DNA of 64,000 nucleotides, taken from contig NIVC01003187.1 in assembly GCA_002269645.1 (NCBI GenBank), forward strand, positions 49,417-113,416, given 5' to 3'. This document shows positions 55,801 through 64,000 of this stretch, piece by piece; within the stretch, counting starts at the first letter, position 1; each line of letters begins with the position of its first letter. The translations under genes were made by a program, and so were the position numbers. Below the pieces are notes generated by a model that worked only from the letters and a program-made list of their open reading frames with translations, was not told the origin of the DNA and did not search any database. Source of the DNA: Macrostomum lignano. Its lineage: Eukaryota.

Positions 55801-58800
55801 TGAGTTCTCTTCTCTCCTGAGTTCTCTTCTCTCCTAAGTTCTCTTCTCTTGAGTTCTCTTCTCCTGAGTTCTCTTCTCTCCTGAGTTCTCTTCTCTTGAG
55901 TTCTCTTCTCCTGAGTTCTCTTCTCTCCTGAGTTCTCTTCTCTCCTAAGTTCTCTTCTCCTGAGTTCTCTTCTCCTGAGTTCTCTTCTCTCCTGAGTTCT
56001 CTTTTCTCCTGAGTTCTCTTCTCCTGAGTTCTCTTCTCTCCTGAGTTCTCTTCTCTTGAGTTCTCTTCTCCTGAGTTCTCTTCTCTCCTGAGTTCCCTCT
56101 TCTCCTGAATTCTCTCCTCTCCTGAGCTGTTTTCTCCTGACCCGAGTTCTTTTCTCCTCTGCTGAGTTCTCTCCCTTAATCTGTTTCCCCCTTCTCAACC
56201 TTGGTCGCTTGACGATTTCCTTCATCCCTTGTTTAAGACTAACCAAAGCCTTTATCCGAGCTACAGGTGTATATGTGCTTCTCATCCCAATGCGCCAGTA
56301 CTAATGCTTGTCTCCGGTTGTTTTCGACTTGATTTTTTTTGTTTTGTTCAAGCAGATCAGCGCGGAAGTGAAATTCGTGACAGATTCATCCCGGGATTTG
56401 CTCAGATTTCAGACTCGGATTACGACCAGCTTTGGCTCTTTCGATGGAAACAACCTGTCCGAGATTTCACGAAAGGTGGCAACACTGAGCTGTTTAAACC
56501 AACCAGCCTGTCAATCATGCGAATTAAAACTGGATTTGCAGAGTCGGGGGCTGAATGAGTCTGGGCCATTGATGGCGCTAGTCGATGCAAAACAATCAGA
56601 CAAAAGGCTTGACATCAGAAGTCTGGAGGAAGGCTGCTTTTTCAGGCAGTGAATTTATACTGGGCTATCACTAATTAATTGAAATTTGTCGATGAATTTT
56701 TCTCTAAAATTAGAGCTGCATTTATGAGCTGACGGAAATTTAACAAGCGCTTTCAGGTGACTTGAGTGCGGCAGCCTATTTTAATTTTTTGCAGCTGAAA
56801 CCGTGGCACAAGCAGCGAGTATTATTGATTCAATTATCTCTGAAAAAACAGCAGAACAGATTGAATCCTCCTTCTGAGAGCAGAGCAGGACTGAACCCCC
56901 TTCTGAGAGCAGAGCAGGACTGAACCCCCTTCTGAGAGCAGAGCAGGACTGAACCCCCTTCTGAGAGCAGAGCAGGACTGAACCCCCTTCTGAGAACAGA
57001 GCAGGACTGAACCCCCTTCTGAGAACAGAGCAGGACTGAACCCCCTTCTGAGAGCAGAGCAGGACTGAACCCCCTTCTGAGAACAGAGCAGGACTGAACC
57101 CCCTTCTGAGAGCAGAGCAGGACTGAACCCCCTTCTGAGAACAGAGCAGGACTGAACCCCCTTCTGAGAACAGAGCAGGACTGAACCCCCTTCTGAGAAC
57201 AGAGCAGGACTGAACCCCCTTCTGAGAACAGAGCAGCTCCAAGGTGAACGCGTCTGACTCCCGCTCCATGGTAGTGCATAGCCCTCCTGCAAACAATTAC
57301 TTTTTGCAAGCTTCCGTTCACCTTTGCAGGCTATTCTGCTTAAGCGGGTGGTGCCACTGCTGGTTGAGAACCTGCACCAGGCGGCTGAGCTCACCCACTT
57401 CGTGCTGCCCTGCCTGTTCCAGGCGGTTGTGCAGGCCACTCGGGCTGAGTTTGCTGCTCACCTGTGCGAGCCGCTGCTGGAGCTGCTGCGCCGGCCCAAG
57501 ACTGCTCAGGTGCGGCCTGATTCTGTGTGCGCGTTTGCTTGAACAAATGTAGGTCATGAAGGCTCAACAGTTTTGGCACCTTCAAAATTTTTGGCGTAGC
57601 TCAAGTATGCACGGTACCGTTAATTTTTACCTTCAATAAGTAGGCTTTGCCCATAAATCAGTGAATGGTTGCAGATTTTATTGAATTTTCCTCATCCTTG
57701 ATCTTGTTGATTAAATGGCGAGGCCACTAGTGGATTATCTCAGGGTCTTTCAAAATTCACTCGTTTCTAAACAGAACATCTGAACCTTTGTATTGATTCT
57801 TCAAGTCATTTTGCGAGCCATTTTCCAAAGTCGGGGCTCTAAACTCCATCTTAGGAATTAGATAGCAAGAAACCTCTTGGCCCTACCTTTGCTTCTCTGA
57901 ATATTGGCATTTGCTATGTACCATTAACTTGTAGACCAGTCTGGTCATAGTCGAGCACATTGATGTTCTGGTTGACAAACTCTCAGACGAGGACATCAGA
58001 GAAGATCTGCTGCCTCTGGTGTTTGCGATGCTGGAGTCCAACAGCGCGTCCGGACAAGTAAGTCTCGGCGTTGGTGGGAACCTGGGTGACTGGTTGAGAT
58101 TTGGATAGATATATAGGAACTTTACGAACTTGTGAGGCACGGGTGACGCGTTAAACAATCGAATGTTACAGAGTAGATTTTACACCATTATCCCGCACGT
58201 CTCGCAGGAGGCGGCTCTGAACTCCTTCGCTGTACTGCAAGATCACATCGACGAGCAGACGATGCGCCGGCTAATTCTGCCAAAGGCGAAAGCCGTCTTC
58301 TGCCGCAGCTCCAGCCTGCTGCCTGTGAGTAAAGATTCGGACAGTCATGTTACAGTTAGCCTACTCATAATAGATAAAAGTGCGTTTTCTCGATTTTCAG
58401 ATGCAAATCAACGCGCTGGCCTGCATAGATCAGTTGATTGATCGGCTGGACAAGATGATCATTTTGGAGGAGATTTTGCCGTTCCTTCTGGAAATCAACT
58501 TTACGGACACCGACATTTATATGGCAGTTATTCGTGAGTAATGTCATATTTTTTACTTGTTCAGCTCAGTCAAGGGCAATTCAGAAGCAATCGTTAATTC
58601 GCAGACATCTACAAGCATATGCTTTCCGACAAGAAGTTCGGCCTGACCTTCAGCCTGATTGCCACTAAAGTGCTGCCGCACCTCATTCCCTACACTGTCA
58701 ATCCAAATCTGAGGCGCGAGGACTTTCGCGTTGTCATGGAAACGCTCAGTTTGATGTGGATGCGTCTGGAGAACGGCCGGTCCGCTCAAATGAAGCTGAC

Positions 58801-60927
58801 GGAGGTCAACGGAAGCGACTCGATGGAGGACTCCGGGTGAGGATGCTGAAAAAGCAGGGTGGCACCGCGATGAATGTACTTTTCTACAATCACAAAATCA
58901 TTCTAAATAGCCAAATACACCGAGTTCGATTCCGAATGCGCCACATATTCTGTGCATCCTGTGTGAGCGAGTGCCTGCAATGTGCATCGTGTGTGTGAAT
59001 CGTGTGTGCTTGCCTTCTGCATGGTCGCCTTAATTTGAGGCAATATTCAAAGCCCTTTGCAACTAGCTATGCTTATATTTCTGATGCTCTTTCCACACCC
59101 TTGACTCGCAAGATTAACCTCAGTTAGATCTGATTTTATATCAACACAGCACCGAATAACACTTCTGGTCTTTTTTCCGATAAGACGTCGAACTGCGGTG
59201 TCCTTGACGTCGAAAGTGACGCACCAGATCATTTTCTGGGCGTTTGCGGAGCGTTGGTGGGCAATTGAATGGGCTGATTTAATGCGTCCAGAAAGTTGTC
59301 TACCTGGATTCAGTTTTACTATAGAGCTTAGTAGAGTTGTAAGCGCACGAAATGAATTTAGTTCCGAAAATGAAAACTCTTCAGCAGCCACACCAGGCCG
59401 CCGCTCATCACCATGCAGCAGCCGAGCTTCGAGTCTGAACTGACGCTAATGGTAGACGATGACGACAAGTTTCAGCATCGCAGGCGGAGCTCCTCCGGTC
59501 TGCAGCGCAAGGAGCAGATTAAGAAGCTTAACGAGACAGCTACCGGTGTGCACTCCAATCCAGGTAGGGTTAGGGCCTGTTCGGACTAACACTTATCTAC
59601 GGCTATTGAATGATTAACTAACCAGTTCTTTATGATCAATAGCTTGATGGCGATGTGTTGAACTTATTCCATAATTAATTCGCAATAAGCACTCCTGAGT
59701 CTGATTGCTTTCCAGATTTATAGTCAATTTTATTTGTAGTGTATTGATTGCAGCATGTTTGCTTATCCAGACACTCCGGATCAAAAGTGCGAAAGCCCGG
59801 TCTGTCCCCGATCCGACAATGTGCTAAGCAGCGCTGAAAAATTTCCCGGAGTCACTTTGTTCCGACCAATTATCCAATTACAATGCCAAGCAGGCTTTAG
59901 CTGACAGGTGAGCCAAATGCTTGTGACAGCTGAGCCGATCTCATGCAAGCATCCAAGATGGCCGTGACGAATTGGACCCAGTGAGACTTGCTGCAAAAAT
60001 CCAGTGATTTATGACTTCCAAAGCCGTCGTTTTATCATTTTCGAATGGAGAAGCTTTTTTTGTCTGCCATTAGTTGGCATGATGAGTGGAGCATGGTTCC
60101 ACACTTTGCTAGAGTTCTTTGCGACGAGTGCTTTTGAGATTTCGTTAAGGCCGAGCAAAAACAAGAGAATGATCACGTAAAATTGATGAAGCGTTTTTAT
60201 ATCATCGAAATCAAGTGATGTAGAAAACATTTTGTAACAACTCGGACTGCGAGGGAAGATGGAGTGGTGTCGGAGCTTGGGGTTAGGGAGAGCTAGGGAG
60301 TGAGGTGGCTGTAGGAGCTTGGGGTTAGGGAGGGCTAGGGAGTGAGGTGGCTGTCGGAGCTTGGGGTTAGGGAGGGCTAGGGAGTGAGGTGGCTGTCGGA
60401 GCTTGGGGTTAGGGAGGGCTAGGGAGTGAGGTGGCTGTCGGAGCTTGGGGTTAGGGAGGGCTAGGGAGTGAGGTGGCTGTCGGAGCTTGGGGTTAGGGAG
60501 GCTAGGGAGTGAGGTGGCTGTCGGAGCTTGGGGGGAGCTTGAGGAGCTAGGGATTTGAGACTAGGGAGTGAGGTGGCTGTTAACAAAGATTTAACATTTG
60601 AAGGAGTAAATAAAAGCTTTGACGAGTGAAGGGGTCTGAGGACTTTGCTGGAAAAAATTCATGCTGGAATGACTTCCTTAGTAAGCGACAAGTCCTTAGT
60701 AGAGCTACAAGCTATTATGCCGTCCAAGGCCTGCACAAGAAGCCCGGCCAGTTCAAGACCGAATAAAATTCGCAACCAAGCGAGCCAAACCAATTTTCGC
60801 AGACCTGTCGGCCGCTCCGCTAAGCAAGCGCATCGAGGCCATCTCCAAGCTGTTGGAGGCGAGCAGGGCAGGCGATATAACCAATGCGATATCGCGGTAC
60901 CGAGACTCGCGAAGGCGCAGCTCCTGA
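43875..60927 (+). CDS. SCYL2: SCY1-like pseudokinase, SCYL2/CVAK104-like (pseudokinase plus HEAT repeats). Exons 43875-44039, 46832-46992, 49762-49858, 49932-49976, 50442-50582, 51664-51879, 54643-54759, 55236-55367, 57330-57509, 57935-58057, 58208-58324, 58401-58533, 58605-58836, 59388-59563, probable last exon 60803-60927
   Basis: Motifs LWRVFDA, LFIFDK, RFRHPKLLQIWHPIEES, LAFATEPVWGSLANFLG, LKYLH...IHGNL, WKLSGLGF, PDLDFMAPD, CDMFSFG, QINALACI, VLPHLIP; phases consistent for exons 1-14; the 3' end is less certain. Confidence 0.9.
44105..44595. repeat. 12/13-bp telomere-like degenerate repeat (CCTTACCCTAGAA / CATTTACCCTAGAG) at the start of SCYL2 intron 1
   Basis: Direct inspection; the core ACCCTA resembles the reverse complement of TTAGGG. 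Confidence 0.9.
45895..46580. repeat. 62-bp minisatellite, about 11 copies
   Basis: GAGAGAGCGGTGGCACTGTCYGTACGGTCTCTGACAGCTGACAGAGCTGTGAACAACTGGAT, period 62. Confidence 0.96.
47618..47950. repeat. (CTAGT)n pentamer microsatellite with variants
   Basis: Direct inspection. Confidence 0.93.
48677..49030. mobile_element. Small foldback-like element made of 16-17-bp ATATCATAAACCCGGA sub-repeats
   Basis: Forward sub-repeats at 48700-48950, reverse-orientation copies at about 48990-49020, and short GGGGCA / TGCCCC ends. Confidence 0.55.
49246..49510 (+). mobile_element. tRNA-derived SINE with a CORE-like central domain
   Basis: Box A-like TAGCCTAGTGTTTAGAGCG, box B GGTTCGATTCT, then GTGTCCTTGAGCAAGGCACTTATAACTCTGCATTGCTTCAGTTCACACAGTTGTAAAATGGG, similar to the MIR CORE as recalled. 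Confidence 0.7.
49990..50385. repeat. Compound 21-bp (TGTGTCTGATCGGTCTRTCCT) and 24-bp (TGTGTCTGATTATTGCGTCATCAT) minisatellites filling SCYL2 intron 4
   Basis: Direct inspection; shared TGTGTCTGAT core. Confidence 0.9.
51990..52557. repeat. 21-bp minisatellite (GATAGTGTTTATCGATTAACG), about 27 copies
   Basis: Direct inspection. Confidence 0.96.
53203..54606. repeat. 24-bp minisatellite (CAGCAGGCTGCTAGTAGGTAGTGT), about 58 copies, ending ~35 bp before the exon 7 acceptor
   Basis: Direct inspection; explains the LLTLPTSS and LLVGSVSR ORFs. Confidence 0.97.
54870..55030. repeat. ~43-bp degenerate repeat x4 with core TCGTCGCTGATTGGCT
   Basis: Four copies of the core, each containing ATTGG (a reverse CCAAT). 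Confidence 0.8.
55700..56160. repeat. Pyrimidine-rich 15/17-bp repeat (GAGTTCTCTTCT[CT]CCT)
   Basis: Direct inspection. Confidence 0.93.
56865..57237. repeat. 29-bp minisatellite (CAGAGCAGGACTGAACCCCCTTCTGAGAR), about 13 copies
   Basis: Period 29 measured directly. Confidence 0.96.
60270..60580. repeat. 42-bp G-rich minisatellite containing TTAGGG, about 7 copies
   Basis: TGAGGTGGCTGTCGGAGCTTGGGGTTAGGGAGGGCTAGGGAG, period 42. Confidence 0.93.
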
Positions 60928-62244
60928 CTCGGCAAACTTCAGAGGACAATGTGATGCGAAGGCCCAGCCATGGGAACCCGAGTCCCAGTCGCCTGTGCGA
61001 CTCAGGTGCTTGTCTCTGGGATGAGGAAAGATGGGAAAGGGATGTGTTGAAAAAAACTTGATAAGCTAAGGTTGGAAAACATTATAACACTATATGGAAT
61101 AATAGTACTTAGACTTTTGGGGAATTCTAAAGGCCATAGTGTTACACATTACAGTGCTAAGTAGCCTCAGATTTTCTATCACAGAGTGGTCGTATGTCTC
61201 AAAGAATTAGCTTTGAGGGATTTTCGTGTCTTACAACGGGCTCCCCTGACACCGAAATCTGCTCTTAGTTCGTCCTAATGAAATGATTTTCTGTGTGCCT
61301 ACTAATTGTATGAGACATGCTCAACAAAAATAGGGGTACGAACTTAAGCGTAAACATTACAGAAATGACTGGTCGTGAATTCGGTCATGAGTTAGCATTA
61401 GTAACAATATCTGGATTGGCCCATGCCAAGCCCCATTTAGCTCATACTATCCACTGTCGCATGCTTTGGTCCGTGTGTCTCGTTATACCATCTCGCAAGT
61501 AATCGCAGCCTAGATGACTATTTATTTTGTTTTTTTTCATCCTTTCCTGGTTACTAAGCGTCTGTATTAGACTACTGCATGCTCGCTCGCACTCGGTAGC
61601 TGACTTGCACATCACTATTTTGTTTTCCTATGCCAATGTAAGCCGTTGTTTACTTTTTTATGCCGGATAGCTTTGCTTTAATAGCCTCTTTAGCCATCTA
61701 CATCGGAGTTGGATGCCCTATCTGTTTATCCGGTCAGTTCAATAGGCGGCCACTTGAAGACACTTGTGTGCGCTATTCTTCGCTTGCAGCTTGAGAGCAA
61801 TGCAGTTGCTCCTTCCTGTCCCTGATGGATTTAGAATATGGCCCCAATTATGATCACGAGCACCGGTAATAGCAGTTGAAAAGAGAGACAGTGTACAGGT
61901 AGCACTATAGCTGGGTAACTCGAGTTCAACAGTGCCTACTAGTGGACAGATGAGCAATTCAGTTTAAAAAGACGACGTTGCATGCCGTCAGTAGGCTTTG
62001 CATAAACAAATTATTTAATATCTCCTTTGAAAATCAATAGAAGAGATAGCGAGATAGAAATCGAGTTTAATAGGCCGTTTATTCATCAGAAACAACTTTG
62101 CTTTAGTCAGCTGAGTCGTACTCATAGGATGCAATGTAATTAGGGATGCTGATAAGCTTTCGTGGAATAAGCTTTCCCTTTTCGCTGCTATTGTCAGATA
62201 AAATAGTTCGATATTGGATTGTTTTCTCAGCCACGGCTTCCAGA

Positions 62245-62743
62245 AGACGAGAACCTCTTCTTCTTCCAGTCATAGGTCCCGGGAGACGAGAAACTCTTCT
62301 TCTTCCAGTCGTAGGTCCCGGGAGACGAGAACCTCTTCTTCTTCCAGTCATAGGTCCCGGAGACGAGAACCTCTTCTTCTTCCAGTCATAGGTCCCGGAA
62401 GACGAGAACCTCTTCTTCTTCCAGTCATAGGTTCCAGGAGACGAGAACCTCTTCTTCTTCCAGTCATAGGTCCCGGAGACGAGAACCTCTTCTTCTTCCA
62501 GTCATAGGTCCCGGAGACGAGAACCTCTTCTTCTTCCAGTCATAGGTCCCGGAAGACGAGAACCTCTTCTTCTTCCAGTCATAGGTTCCTAGAGACGAGA
62601 ACCTCTTCTTCTTCCAGTCATAGGTCCCGGGAGACGAGAACCTCTTCTTCTTCCAGTCATAGGTTCCAGGAGACGAGAACCTTTTCTTCTTCCAGTCATA
62701 GGTTCCAGGAGACGAGAACCTCTTCTTCTTCCAGTCATAGGTC
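62245..62743. repeat. 38/39-bp minisatellite (AGACGAGAACCTCTTCTTCTTCCAGTCATAGGTCCCGG), about 13 copies
   Basis: Direct inspection. Confidence 0.95.
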
Positions 62744-64000
62744 TGAATTTCTTATGGCTTCGAAGTGATTATGGAAAAGGAAACGAAGTTCTGAATCCCA
62801 GCCGGTTCGAGTTCGAATTTCACGAACTGGACTAACAGCAGGGATGTCAGGGGGATATTGCTAGGGCTTTTATTGTGCAGAGCATTCTCGGGTTGCGTGT
62901 TTTGGCTGCATCTCTTCACCCTGCGTAGCCAATGGATAACGATTCGGTACCCGCCAACTCAAGCAATAGCATTTGAGTCTTCCCTAATCCCTCAGTAATC
63001 TTAATACATCCATGGTAGTTAGCTAGATTTTCATCATTACTTCCTTTCAACTGCTTCGCGTAATTATTTTAATCCTTCCATTTAGCTTAAGGAGAAATTT
63101 TGCAGAACCATCGCACATTGGGAAATGAGATCATAAGCTCTCATAAGTGGTTCTATGAAAAGTGAAACAAGATTAAAAACTCTCTAACAACACATGCCGC
63201 ATGCTTCTTTCACGAATTTCTAAATCCGATAAAACTTCTGACCTATCGCCTCGATAGCAGGTATACAAACAAGCCGTTCTCTCGTTGATGCGTTTCCTTT
63301 GTTGCCTTTAGTTGCACCGACTCCGACTGTCAAGTTTCGCTTGCACGAACGTCAGGCCGATTGCTCTCAGGTGTGCAGAAGACGTAACATGTGGTTGCCC
63401 AGTAATTTTTTCCGTTCCCAGATGGTTGCAGTTCAGCCGAAGCCAGGTGCAGTCGGGGGAAGAACGGATGTAGATGGGGCAAGGATAATAAGCTGAGAGG
63501 GCTAAGGTCTGTTGCAGAGTGGATGGCTTAGCACTCGTGTCTATACTGCTAAGTCGATATTGAATTCTCCACAGCCGCAAAGCTAGTGTTGCCCGCCCCA
63601 TACCCAATTAGCTATGCAAGCAAAGAGCTGCTCAGGGTATGAAAGACAAAAGTTCTTATACGAATAAAAATTCTAAGACCAAGCTTTAGTCCATTTATGG
63701 ATTGTGGAACTTTTAGTGTTCCATTGCTTAAACCGGATACTGTATTTTGACAGTTATATTGTAGCTTTGCAGACTTTACTCAGTAAAGGATCTAAAAAAT
63801 GAAATGCACCTGACACCAACCTCACTCCGCCGGAGGTGACTCATTCGCATTCAGTAGCAACATCTCGTTCGGGATGAAACCTTAGGTTACCCATTTGCGT
63901 CACGTGACGACGCCTTCTATTAGTGATGATAAATCGATTAATTCAATAAATTTTAAACCTCGATGCACTTTCTTTAAAATCTTTCTGTATTCGTGTAAAA

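Noticed and set aside
59770-59908. Additional SCYL2 exon (tatccag...GACAG|gtgagc)
   Set aside because: It has plausible splice sites, but the frame continuing from exon 14 hits TGA before the donor; could be an alternative terminal or poison exon, unsupported without RNA data
1-64000. CRISPR-like arrays
   Set aside because: All 21-62-bp repeats are head-to-tail with no unique spacers, there are no cas genes, and the DNA is eukaryotic

Overview
Eukaryotic (metazoan) genomic DNA, not prokaryotic. It has GC-rich spliced genes with short GT-AG introns, interleaved with many unrelated minisatellite arrays. The style is most like a free-living flatworm such as Macrostomum (inference from composition and gene content only). 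Seven protein-coding genes can be supported: the 3' end of a gene with a repeated helical motif (1708-3510), neuroendocrine 7B2/SCG5 (6696-8498), a single-exon amidated neuropeptide precursor (13698-14021), a PP1 glycogen-targeting subunit (16841-17719), DCX-EMAP (31098-37351), a small ankyrin-repeat protein on the minus strand (39300-41202) and a SCYL2-like pseudokinase (43875 to about 60927). Mobile DNA includes a near full-length APE/RT/RNase H LINE inserted in a foldback MITE and carrying an inverted copy of its own 3' end, a piggyBac relic, Tc1/mariner-like and hAT-like MITEs, and a tRNA/CORE-like SINE. The most unusual observations are: (1) a 470-bp element with 32-bp TGT...ACA terminal inverted repeats and a GATT target duplication whose interior is an 18S rRNA fragment; (2) two distinct PC2-inhibitor-like C-terminal peptide exons in 7B2 separated by a 200-bp-arm hairpin; (3) the self-inverted LINE, a potential 1.3-kb dsRNA source; (4) an MRYamide neuropeptide precursor 5 kb from 7B2. 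Most long ORFs in the supplied track are artefacts of tandem repeats. All gene models were read by eye and no database searches were run.
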